From NCBI GenBank assembly GCA_964057225.1, contig OZ059897.1, forward strand, positions 10,664,001-10,728,000: a stretch of 64,000 nt of DNA. The letters are read 5' to 3'. This DNA comes from Auanema rhodensis (Eukaryota; Animalia; Nematoda). The notes beneath the pieces were generated by a model. It was not told the origin of the DNA. It searched no databases and saw only the letters and a list, made by a program, of their open reading frames with translations. This document shows, piece by piece, positions 31,701 through 41,270 of this stretch. Position numbers and translations under genes: made by a program. Every line of letters starts with the position of its first letter. Positions within the stretch are counted from its first letter, which is position 1.

Positions 31701-33398
31701 AGTTGCACAAAACCCTTCATTTCCTTTACAATTATCAGTATTTATAAATAAGTCTGATACAATGTGATCTTCTTTCAATCTAGTTATTATCCCTCGCTTC
31801 AATACAAATTGTTCAATTTCTACACATTCTTCGGTGGACCAAGAGCGAGTTGGATTATGCTCGTTTAATGGTGTTTCAAAAACTGAATGCTGTTGGGCAT
31901 TCATGATTTTATCATTCCACATACGATTTCTATGTGCTCGAACACAATCTTTCTTATCTACTGTTTCAATATGAGAGAATGTGGTGTTACGATCTCTCAA
32001 AAACATGAAATCTCTCACACAGCTTTTATACTTTTTCACATAGCATTTCCATGCTTCCCATGACTCTATCTCAGCCTTTGGTAGATATATTTCTACCTCA
32101 ACACTGTGAGCCTTTTCAATTTCTGCCTTATGGCAGCCTGTGACCACAGGAGGTGTTACTAATATACCCCCTTCAGATTGAGCGCAAATCTGATATTTTG
32201 CCGACCCAAAGGGAAGGCATGAGAGTGCCAATAAAGTCAGGCACAACGTGACCGGTGGCATGAATGGGGTCGCTACGCTGTATACCCTTGAGTTACCATT
32301 CCCATTGGCTGATGGTCTTTGTCTTCTTGGGGAACTAGGCCTAGGGTTCCAAGACGAGCTATTGGCATTTCTGCCATTCGCAAATGGGCGGTTTCCCGGG
32401 TTAGGACGCCTATTCATATTCCCGTTCTGCGAGTTATTATTATTATAACGTACGGCAGAAGGTCGCTCTCTCTCTCGCTCATAATCATTAGAGCCATTAT
32501 TGTGCTGAGTCCAGTTATTATTTTTTTTATTATTTTTATAATTTTTATTATTATTATTATTCCTACTTCTTTCTCTTTCTTCACTAAAGCTTAATTTATG
32601 CTGTAGAGCATTTATGAGCTCCTTCAAGGTGCTAGTGTCTTCATTTCTTTTCATGAAGCTATTTCGAACGCCTTCTTCAAACCTAGCTAATTTCTTAGCT
32701 TGTTCATAAGTGGCGGGGTTTTTAGTTAAAACCGCAATACCCAGCTCCTCTTTTAAACCATTTAAAAATGCCGTTTTCAACATTGGTTCCCGCTCGGGAT
32801 CCATTGGTGACATTATGGTGCTTGCCATTCTCTCTAATTCCATACTAAAATCAAGAACAGATTTATCTCCTTGTTGTACTCGATGAATAAGCGCTATGGT
32901 GAAATTTTTATCTGTTTTAGGCGCTAAAAGCTCAGTGAGCTGATCCATCAAAACAATCCATGGGCCATTAGTTCTTATGCCACTAGGAATACTATTATAC
33001 AAGGAGAGAGCTGTTTCATTTGATTCCAAAAGAAGAGGCAAAATTAATAGTCTCTCAGGTAAGCTTAGATTCATAACATTAAAAAATCTATTTAAAGATT
33101 CAACAAAAGAACGAAAGCTACGAGAGCCGTCATACCTGGGACAGAGATGGCAATTTAAAATAGTTGCCATATTTCTAGAGGGTGGAGCAACATTAGAATT
33201 AGGAGATGGAGAGGTAGGAGTCATTTTTCTTTCAAAAGCTTTAGTTATAGCAGCGGCCCACCGACTTGGTGATCTATTTCGTACTGTAGTAGGTGCCCGA
33301 GGTGTTTCCTCAGTGATGGCCTTTCTGCTTTTACTTCTCATTCTAATTGTTAGAGAAGAAGAGTGAGAAGAAGAAGAGGAATCACCTTCTTCTCTCAA
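25737..33398 (-). CDS. Gag-Env-Pol polyprotein, copy 2 (probable frameshift in the integrase GPY/F tail)
   Basis: About 10 aa differences from copy 1, all in Gag/Env; extends to LTPSFEGPYLV; env domain at 29532-32261. Confidence 0.95.
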   Translation of the reverse strand: MREEGDSSSSSHSSSLTIRMRSKSRKAITEETPRAPTTVRNRSPSRWAAAITKAFERKMTPTSPSPNSNVAPPSRNMATILNCHLCPRYDGSRSFRSFVESLNRFFNVMNLSLPERLLILPLLLESNETALSLYNSIPSGIRTNGPWIVLMDQLTELLAPKTDKNFTIALIHRVQQGDKSVLDFSMELERMASTIMSPMDPEREPMLKTAFLNGLKEELGIAVLTKNPATYEQAKKLARFEEGVRNSFMKRNEDTSTLKELINALQHKLSFSEERERSRNNNNNKNYKNNKKNNNWTQHNNGSNDYERERERPSAVRYNNNNSQNGNMNRRPNPGNRPFANGRNANSSSWNPRPSSPRRQRPSANGNGNSRVYSVATPFMPPVTLCLTLLALSCLPFGSAKYQICAQSEGGILVTPPVVTGCHKAEIEKAHSVEVEIYLPKAEIESWEAWKCYVKKYKSCVRDFMFLRDRNTTFSHIETVDKKDCVRAHRNRMWNDKIMNAQQHSVFETPLNEHNPTRSWSTEECVEIEQFVLKRGIITRLKEDHIVSDLFINTDNCKGNEGFCATGESAVIWQPPIPSVVCHYQKLGPFSAMLGDHILLVHSIESAFVLQNHSTSAHVQSCFEFAVFESSFEAIIRFTAYPRVYNLLDLSNTLLNADRRRNKRNALPQKHRSFSDDYLFVNAKSQPYAFPFLRPTFIFGSASITKFYAKYMRYAATSSYESLLQFAIDNPLFIDTIVSLGLTKDHITNWAKSNNFKDPNLLILQCMGIEEIKLATRQVINSMKLDDLITQVARRIEVPRLKRSLMKSTTSIEDFFRGMAHAVVYQATILDGTQTVPSIEQLARALYPSILARSGNMNQSEIIATAQGMLFMIQQQSGKEQISRDMQVSRQQKADATVRNNQEQVLAIISKLPDYHNLYTKNSTAYYGFPPQSIEYPQENPKFNKTEVLEFISWVKTQITTDKNMVQHTTVTPITATKTTIRSLTTPTPNAYERGRELYVAEVYDNVLHKSEHKTKTIIDNKLNYGFEKARLSIIDEFHQQFHTICKSQMETVKSWQAILRIHPTIGVRAMLQRDDIVARFVGRNVLKITTCQEIEPHFIYRNHSYNDKCYAETPVLTHNKQLFFAPIDSYDLSTEGHEINCEHKETEIWYENGTWRDYKGDTHKVDSIHSEKHDHYAELSKLRFTGRNLFENSTEKSLALSIGLTYGYSLSTSPHHDLLRVISRSRDWPQISSFILKGSKLIRDARKIVFSNWDLFIDFCIGSIERTLITIGCITLILCLMIALYFTIKCYLSPTSMLKINHIMLSPTAPPLEGDEIHETVSDELMRSYFPTIITYIPLAIPFVCHTTTKKNGHLLPFVHIDIEGRGLLALWDSGATVSYIPFSTLAYIGRQYFTKYSKSASTANGSEFRFVGKCKLDVGIAGYQVEHEFLISEDNDCPGQMLLGTDFMRTLEEREIFTTLKLCKGKLIVGNMETPLVKSGCFAYKTTTKTVNIISLSTVTVPPHSTSHISLQTGPELDFDQYALLKSSIGPISIPDAAIGPFPITMVVSNNSSKPIKINKNDHIGSGLIASKEIMNDYVPPEADWEDKLPTFPQHLLDDLNFNSCTLSHKMKKNLITIIKENQTAFFNHDHNIGLFCGPVEHAIPIRSDMDFPKSRSYRVPLGKQEEVERQVKEMLSQGIIENSTATFTSPVVLVKKKDNSFRFVTDFRALNSVTKKQTYSIPHIPDIIDLAAGAQFFSNFDLISGFFQIPLKRSDRHLTAFTTPSGTYQYCRMPMGLCGAPHTFQSAVRYLQSLVRCKLFVYLDDLLIISNSADEHLRDIQEVLKKVTELGLKIKLSKCCFAATEVKFLGFIIGRNGVKPDPAKIQAVSEFPNPSTVTAVRSFLGMTNYFRRFIQNYAGIAEPLYKLTHKDTPFEWKSEHADAFKTLKTLLCTAPVLKPPKADQPFVIESDGSMIAVGAVLLQSAEKNSPLHPIAFASRKLTPAERKYPPIEVEALGLVFALQQFRTYVLGVPTTVITDHRPLTSLMSRKDLIGRLAKYQLMIQDFNIKIEYRPGKLNSVCDALSRYIGNEANDSRPTKPKDKVKPVDAFIAHITTISSIDQLNCEEIRKVQAGVPWIREALSQINNDNCPANISDRYEEREGILHAKQAKNYLKPSIILPRNDKITDVVIKFFHEDSKIGAHLGINKTTDAIRRRFFWTNMVLQITEFINRCTKCASRKSNPQQSYIQPMGRFVIPEKPFDRIHVDILGPLPRTNDGHRYILSIQDAFSKWGTTCPLITQTATEITEAFVIRFVFIYGPPMSMITDNGSSFLSSEFQAMCKQFGIKHTTTLPYHKNANGQVERLHRTLEEALSSFVNEQQTNWDIHLPKVMFAINTLPNSSTSISPYVVLFGRDARLPIDHQLPGNNLQTEEPANPTEDFVNRSLIQNESTSNIVKDRIETCTKKNEQRYNTRNRTQNKEIQVDDLVMIKVNSTRNKLTPSFEGPYLVFKDLSSWFKQIKEKAEEYTRTSSNLTNGPHLFRLSQFLEGSFFFNKIKLLKFLFFFILCHF

Positions 33399-34535
33399 AA
33401 ATTCAAAAGGAGAGAGGTAGGTGGATGGAGTATTTAAGTTTTTAGAATTAAATTCAAAAACTTGGCGTACCTCTGGTGATCCTTGTTCCTGATCTTTGTT
33501 TTCGTCGCTGATGTCCGAGTCCGACAGGGTGGCTGGTGAATACAGTTAGATGAATATAAAAGCGCGTACTGGAAGCAACTAGACTCCAGTAAAAACGTTT
33601 GTGACAATGGCGTCCGATGAAGGAGGATCGTTGAAGCTTCAAGCTCCGTCTCCAGCCATGTGTCACGACACCAGATGTTAGCGCTTATGGTAAACAACCA
33701 TTGACCGTCTGTCGTGATATTTGAATATTATAATCACTAATGTCAGCTTAGAGACAAATAGGAATCACAGATGGTGCCTTAAGCCTGTTTGAAAACTTTT
33801 GAATTTTAACAGCTGTTATTGACTACACATGCCGAACAGCTGGTACGCGTGAGCCAACTATTCGAATGTGAGTAAGCTTAAAGTAAACAAAAATGTCTCA
33901 TCTCGTATATTAAGTTCAATTTTATAAAGTTTATTAAGATTTGTAGAAAGAATTTCAAAATAAATCTTAATTAAGATAATTTTTAATTTAATTTCAAAAG
34001 ATTGAGAAGGTAATTTATGATTGATATAGGAATCTAAATTTAGTTATCTGTCAATATTATAGGAAAAAGGAAACGTTGGCAGACGTAGAGTGGACTTGGG
34101 TGGGTAGGAATTTAAATATTCTTATTATCTCTGAACTAATAAGAAAAGAGTTAACAGGAGTAGAACCCTGATGAACCCTTGGATGTGAATCAAAAGCAAA
34201 AAATCGTAAATAAAATTATCCCAACAGCCTCCAGCTTCCAAACAACTCAGCTAAAAAGTGAGCTCTGTTGCCACACTGGACATTCACATCATAAAGTAAT
34301 GAATCAAAATAGCACGCGTGCATAACAAAAAGGTAACGCTCGTCAAAACTATTGTCTGATAGTTTCCCCAAACGTCTCAGACACCTCCCAGTTTTCGTTG
34401 AGCGGAGGAGAAGTGGTAGCCAAAATAATTTTTGGGGAAATCATGGTGCACGGCTCGGTTACTCCTCACTGTTGGGTAATTAAGTCCAAAAGTCTCGTAA
34501 ACTTGCTGTCAATAAATTAACAGTAAAGTAAGCAA

Positions 34536-34548
34536 GGCGGAACCTCCA
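34536..34548 (-). promoter_or_regulatory. Primer-binding site, tRNA-Gln (one A>G change, compatible with a G-U pair)
   Basis: TGGAGGTTCCGCC on the minus strand abutting the 5' LTR. Confidence 0.8.
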
Positions 34549-34929
34549 CGTTACATATTGTTTCTTTCCGTCTTTTCATGGTCGGAAGATATATGTACTT
34601 CTACCTTGTTCCTTAGGTAGGCAGACCCGAACGCCCCGATTTCCTTATTAAGACAAATACTCAAAGAGAAAAGGATTCATTATCAGATAACAAGAAAATA
34701 CAATAAAAGAATTACATTAAGAAAGAATATAAAGAGATATAATAAAGTATTAAATAGAGTATATATATAGATGATATAGAGATGAGACTCACATGACTAT
34801 AAGACAACCAATCTGGGTTAGGCCAGAAGCAAGAGTGCCATGTGTGTCCCATGTTGTGGGCGGGGCTTGTTCAGGCTCCCGCTATTTGAATAGCGCGCAC
34901 ATGTTTACCATGTGCTTGCAGATGTGACA
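34549..34929 (-). repeat. 5' LTR of copy 2
   Basis: 381 bp, TGTCACA...TGTAACG on the minus strand. Confidence 0.97.
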
Positions 34930-37898
34930 CTCCACGTTGTGGCCGTGGCGACACAGGTTCGATTCCTGTCTTGGGCATTTTTTGTTTTGAAATTAAAATG
35001 CTATAAAATTATTGCTTGCTTGTCTTGTTAGATTTCTTTAATTTGAATACTTATTCAAGTTATAACAATTTTCGATTTAATCACGTTCAATCAACTGTAT
35101 TGTTTTCAAAAATAAAGACATCTTTCAATTTCTGGTCATTGAATTAGAATTTTCATGTTGTCACACAGAAATTGAAGAATCTTAGTTCATTTCAGTAACA
35201 ATGAATACACTAACTTTGTTAAGTTGTTGTAATATCGGCCCAAGTAGTATAGTGGTTAGTACTCCACGTTGTGGCCGTGGCGACACAGGTTCGATTCCTG
35301 TCTTGGGCATTTTTTGTTTTGAAATTAAAATGCTATAAAATTATTGCTTGCTTGTCTTGTTAGATTTCTTTAATTTGAATACTTATTCAAGTTATAACAA
35401 TTTTCGATTTAATCACGTTCAATCAACTGTATTGTTTTCAAAAATAAAGACATCTTTCAATTTCTGGTCATTGAATTAGAATTTTCATGTTGTCACACAG
35501 AAATTGAAGAATCTTAGTTCATTTCAGTAACAATGAACACACTAACTTTGTTAAGTTGTTGTAATATCGGCCCAAGTAGTATAGTGGTTAGTACTCCACG
35601 TTGTGGCCGTGGCGACACAGGTTCGATTCCTGTCTTGGGCATTTTTTGTTTTGAAATTTAAATGCTATAAAATTATTGCTTGCTTGTCATGTTAAATTTG
35701 TTTAATTCAAATACTTATTTAAGTTCTAACAATTTTCGATTTAATCACGTTCAATCAACTGTATTGTTTTCAAAAATAAAGACATCTTTCAATTTCTGGT
35801 CATTGAATTAGAGTTTTCATGTTGTCACACAGAAATTGAAGAATCTTAGTTCATTTCAGTAACAATGAACACACTAACTTTGTTAAGTTGTTGTAATATC
35901 GACCCAAGTAGTATAGTGGTTAGTACTCCACGTTGTGGCCGTGGCGACACAGGTTCGATTCCTGTCTTGGGCATTTTTTGTTTTGAAATTTAAATGCTAT
36001 AAACATATTGCTTGCTTGTCATCTTAGATTTCTTCAATTTGAATCCTTATTCAAGTTATAACAATTTTTGATTTAATCACGTTCAATAAACTGTATTGTT
36101 TTCAAAAATAAAGACATCTTTCAATTTCTGGTCATTGAATTAGAATTTTCATGTTGTCACACAGAAATTGAAGAATCTTAGTTCATTTCAGTAACAATGA
36201 ACACACTAACTTTGTTAAGTTGTTGTAATATCGGCCCAAGTAGTATAGTGGTTAGTACTCCACGTTGTGGCCGTGGCGACACAGGTTCGATTCCTGTCTT
36301 GGGCATTTTTTGTTTTGAAATTTAAATGCTATAAACATATTGCTTGCTTGTCATCTTAGATTTCTTCAATTTGAATCCTTATTCAAGTTATAACAATTTT
36401 TGATTTAATCACGTTCAATAAACTGTATTGTTTTCAAAAATAAAGACATCTTTCAATTTCTGGTCATTGAATTAGAATTTTCATGTTGTCACACAGAAAT
36501 TGAAGAATCTTAGTTCATTTCAGTAACAATGAACACACTAACTTTGTTAAGTTGTTGTAATATCGGCCCAAGTAGTATAGTGGTTAGTACTGCACGTTGT
36601 GGCCGTGGCGACACAGGTTCGATTCCTGTCTTGGGCATTTTTTGTTTTGAAATTAAAATGCTATAAAATTATTGCTTGCTTGTCTTGTTAGATTGGTTTA
36701 ATTCAAATACTTATCTAAGTTCTAACAATTTTCGATTTAATCACGTTCAATTAACTGTATTGTTTTCAAAAATAAAGACATCTTTCAATTTCTGGTCATT
36801 GAATTAGAATTTTCATGTTGTCACACAGAAATTGAAGAATCTTAGTTCATTTCAGTAACAATGAACACACTAACTTTGTTAAGTTGTTGTAATATCGGCC
36901 CAAGTAGTATAGTGGTTAGTACTCCACGTTGTGGCCGTGGCGACACAGGTTCGATTCCTGTCTTGGGCATTTTTTGTTTTGAAATTAAAATGCTATAAAA
37001 TTATTGCTTGCTTGTCTTGTTAGATTTCTTTAATTTGAATACTTATTCAAGTTATAACAATTTTCGATTTAATCACGTTCAATCAACTGTATTGTTTTCA
37101 AAAATAAAGACATCTTTCAATTTCTGGTCATTGAATTAGAATTTTCATGTTGTCACACAGAAATTGAAGAATCTTAGTTCATTTCAGTAACAATGAACAC
37201 ACTAACTTTGTTAAGTTGTTGTAATATCGGCTCAAGTAGTATAGTGGTTAGTACTCCACGTTGTGGCCGTGGCGACACAGGTTCGATTCCTGTCTTGGGC
37301 ATTTTTTGTTTTGAAATTAAAATGCTATAAAATTATTGCTTGCTTGTCTTGTTAGATTTCTTTAATTTGAATACTTATTCAAGTTATAACAATTTTCGAT
37401 TTAATCACGTTCAATCAACTGTATTGTTTTCAAAAATAAAGACATCTTTCAATTTCTGGTCATTGAATTAGAATTTTCATGTTGTCACACAGAAATTGAA
37501 GAATCTTAGTTCATTTCAGTAACAATGAACACACTAACTTTGTTAAGTTGTTGTAATATCGGCCCAAGTAGTATAGTGGTTAGTACTCCACGTTGTGGCC
37601 GTGGCGACACAGGTTCGATTCCTGTCTTGGGCATTTTTTGTTTTGAAATTTAAATGCTATAAAATTATTGCTTGCTTGTCATGTTAGATTTGTTAAATTC
37701 AAATACTTATTTAAGTTCCAACGATTTTCGATTAAATCACGTTCATTTAACTGTATTGTTTTCAAAAATAAAGACAAAATTCAATTTCTGTTCGTTGAAT
37801 TAGAATTTTCATGTTGTCACACAGAAATTGAAGAATCTTAGTTCAATTCAGTAACAACGAACACACTAACTTTGTTAAGTTGTTGTAATATCGGCCCA
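34930..37898 (+). repeat. tRNA-His array segment C (3' half of the split gene plus 8 complete genes)
   Basis: tRNA starts at 35238 ... 37562, period 332. Confidence 0.97.
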
Positions 37899-38032
37899 GG
37901 CATTTCTACGTTGACACCAATTTACATGTACACCAAGTGTACACCATACAATGACACCGCTGATTCTACATAGACACTACACTATATACAATGACACTAT
38001 TTCCCAAAATTTGAATTCTTTCCTGTTCCCAC
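37899..38032 (+). repeat. Left TIR of the MULE (134 bp)
   Basis: Reverse complement of 41137-41270 with 2 mismatches; internal (G/T)ACAC(C/T) motifs. Confidence 0.95.
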
Positions 38033-38206
38033 CAAAATATCTGTATGTATTTAGTATTTTTCCAACAAAAAGTCAATTTATTTCTCAAAAACACTTAAAT
38101 GAAGTAATGGGTAGCAGTTCAACGTTTAATTTTCTTCTAATGATGATACAGTTGTGCTGAATAAGTAGATATAATTGATAAAGTGAGTTTTATCTCAGGA
38201 AGAAAC

Positions 38207-41027
38207 TTACTTTGCAAGACTGACGTAGTTTCTGGACCTGTTATTCTTGCTGTATTGGGATCCTTTCCGTTTGCAAAATTTGGTACCTTGTTCAGGACGC
38301 ATTTGTTCACGTAAAATGGCTGCGCAGTTTATTTCTTCTTTCGTTTTCTCCATTTCAGTAATTATGTTAGCTCGAGTTTCATTTCCCAATTGTAATATGG
38401 CGGCAAGTCTGTAAATTGTTTCTGATACAAACAATGTGAGTCTTACCTATGGATGCAGAAACGATAAGAAACCTTTTTTTTGCACATTACGCTATAGCAT
38501 ACAAGAGAATTTTCCTTGTGTACCACAAGAACACAACTATAATCTTTTGTTTAAAAAAAGAATTACTCAAAACAAACTCATGAGAAGATTTTTTGTTCAA
38601 AATGAAAAAAAATGATACGTTTCTGTCACTCATATGAACACTTGTATCCTGTACCAGCGAATTTAAAGTCTCAATTGGAAGTTTCAAAGGCAGACTCCAA
38701 TCGGGCACATTATCGAACACGTTCAATGGAATACAGTTTTGTAATCCAAATGTAGTTAATGCTAATCGCTTCTGGGAAGCACTTTTGAGTTTCCATTCGC
38801 TGGGAGTAAATGCAAAATCGTTTATTAGCTTGTTAGAGATACCGCCAACAGATCTGACCCTCTCTTCTATTTCTTCTGAAATTCCTGTATTTTATTATTC
38901 AGTATATTTTATATACCTTTATGCAGATTGAGGAAATCATTCAAAAGCTTTTGCGCAGGTTTTTTGCAAGATATCAGTTGTTTAAGATGACAATTACGAG
39001 CTTCAATTATATTTGAAGAAAGAAATTGGGCAGGCCATCCAGCTAAAAGTTTTCTTCCCATAGAGTTACACTCGTATAAACTGGTAAAATTCAACGTGAG
39101 CCTAAAATTCAAAATTAATTTATAAACCGAACTAAAAAAACCATCTTTTGAGAGATCCTTCAGTTTCATTGATAAAATTGATCATCTTTTCTTCATATTC
39201 ATTTTTTGTTAATGAGCACAATATTCCTTTTTTGAGTATAGTGCCTTTATCAGTCTGAAGTAGAAAGTTTAGTTGAATTTTCTCGAATTGTTCTCACATT
39301 TCTTTTTACACCATACATGAGCTCCTTGACCAGGTGGTAATCGTGGAGGTTGTCTTTATTGATAGCATCTTTCATGTTATTGAGTCGATGCACGTCACAA
39401 CGAATAAGTATAGAGTTTTTCAAGAAAGAACCCTAAATAGCTGGCTAAATATAGACTAAATATTTTTCAAAGATTACCGAATTATAAACATGAAAACTAT
39501 GCTCTCCATCATGTACTTGAATTCCTATTGTTTTTCCTGGACAATACTTTTCGAACATCTTATTTAAAAACAAGCTAAGTTCTTCATGATCTTCAGTATC
39601 TTTTTTTGAATGAATCATAACACCCAAAATAATACTTGAATTTTTTTTTGAACATTTGCTTCTGAAAAGTAAAACAGAAAATGATGAAATTGTTGAGAAA
39701 ATTACTTGTAAGAATCCGAAATTCCTAAAACCAACGTTACGTATTCGGCTGAACCAAGAGAAAACGTGGTATCTAACATCAAACACGAGCCAATAGTCGG
39801 TAAGCTTCCACTGTCCGTAACTGAAGCCAAGAAGGAATCTACAAAAAATTTAAAATTAAATTATGAAGGTTAATTTACTGAAGTAGCGCTCTTTTTCATT
39901 ATGATTCATGGATTCCAACAATGAAACATTTCTTCTGTGTTCACTTATATCCTCCAATGTTGGCAAACTGGCTCCAAAAGAGGTGAAAGCTGCCGGATAT
40001 CCAATAATAATTCTGATCCGTAAACTTCCATCTTCTATTAAATATTTTTTCAAATCTTCTTATTAAGCTGTACCGTTATGTTCAATAACAGGCTTCTCTA
40101 ATATTTCTTCTTCATGAGGCTTTGATAAAAACCTATCCATAACGGTATAAAAATCCACTGGAGCTTTTCTGCCAATATTTGACTTTACGTGATCAGGAAC
40201 TGATCTACTTAAACTAGATAACTGAAATAACAAACACAATTAGCAAAAAAATTTCAAATTTGTTCTACTGTATTTGACGTAACAATAACTCCCTGATCTC
40301 TAAGAAAACGTTTAGCATCACTTGTGGTACGATAAACTAAAGCATTTTTTATGACACTACGATTGGAAGGAAGAATTCGTTTAATACTGGGTATTTCGAA
40401 GTCCACTTCTTTCTCAAAAAGTGGTATTCTCGAATTTCATTAACAGGATAAAACCAACCTCAGATTTATATAGGTAGATTACGTGACTAAGCAGATTTTT
40501 TTCTTCATCGATAACAAAAAATATCTACAGAAATAGCAATGTGCTTCTTAAATTAAACGCAAAAAAACTTCTCGCTTCAGGCCAATTCTATTTGCATGCG
40601 TATTTCTGATCACTCGTAGACTACAAACACCATATGCACTGAACTCTATAACATTATCTTCTTCTCTGATGTGAACTGGATGATTAGACACTTTGGTAGT
40701 GTTGCGATTGCCATACAAATCTGAAAGATGAAAATTATATACTACAACGCGACTTACTCTACCTTTTCCTGTCCAAGGACTCAAGACATCATAAGTAAGA
40801 TCTGCTAAAGACACAACAACTGATTTATCAAGGAAAAACAACGTGATTCCTTCTAGAAGCTTTTCAAAGTTAGGTTTTTCATTTAGAACTTCGCAATCGG
40901 TTCTAAAAAAAATTACAGTGGGTATACTTTTAACGTATAAAATCAAAATATTAAATATTTACCTAGAAGCGTTCAGATATCGGAGAGCTTCAGCTGGACT
41001 CGTATTCTTCATTATGAGAAATGACAT
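38207..41027 (-). pseudogene. Multi-exon MULE transposase, apparently disrupted (boundaries approximate)
   Basis: Manual splicing gives LMLDTTFSLG (D at 39771-39773), GVMIHSKK, VHDGE (D at 39508-39510), RCDVH (39388-39399), SSNIIEARN (E at 39002-39004) and a C-terminal CSC...CIH SWIM-like motif; introns are ~45-60 nt GT...TTT(C)AG; several apparent stops or frameshifts. Confidence 0.8.
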
Positions 41028-41136
41028 AATGAACTTTACTAACTCTTTACCTTTCTTCCATTTTTTTTGAAAATTTCACAACAGCCATTTAAATTTTAAC
41101 ATATTCAAGATAATGAAAGAGAATTCACATAAAACC

Positions 41137-41270
41137 GTGGGAACAGGAAAGAATTCAAATTTTGGGAAATAGTGTCATTGTATATAGTGTAGTGTCTATG
41201 TAGAATTAGCGGTGTCATTGTATGGTGTACACTTGGTGTACATGTAAATTGGTGTCAACGTAGAAATACC
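41137..41270 (-). repeat. Right TIR of the MULE (134 bp)
   Basis: Inverted copy of 37899-38032. Confidence 0.95.

Larger units (their letters stand above)
24842..34929 (-). mobile_element. Ty3/Gypsy LTR retroelement with internal envelope gene, copy 2 (full length, 10,088 bp)
   Basis: TSD CTCC at 24838-24841 and 34930-34933; two 381-bp LTRs with 3 differences seen; PBS, PPT and a 2553-codon ORF. Confidence 0.98.
37899..41270 (-). mobile_element. Mutator-like (MULE) DNA transposon, 3,372 bp
   Basis: 9-bp TSD ATCGGCCCA (37890-37898, 41271-41279); 134-bp TIRs starting GG; spliced DDE transposase with a CxxH motif. Confidence 0.93.

Noticed and set aside
16810-33366. Short antisense and alternative-frame ORFs inside the polyprotein genes
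   Set aside because: Shadow ORFs of a long coding sequence; their recurrence only reflects the two near-identical copies.
15245-34929. Inverted duplication as an assembly artefact or a single fold-back event
   Set aside because: The copies have different TSDs, different insertion positions within the monomer, private SNPs and a private deletion, and the array keeps the same orientation throughout.
37951-41070. Plus-strand ORFs 37951-38160 and 40843-41070 in the MULE
   Set aside because: One overlaps the TIR and the other is antisense to transposase exons; no coding signal.
37899-41270. Dada, hAT or Tc1/mariner identity for the DNA transposon
   Set aside because: The 9-bp TSD, long G-terminal TIRs and DTTF/DGE/CxxH/NxxE motifs fit the Mutator superfamily.
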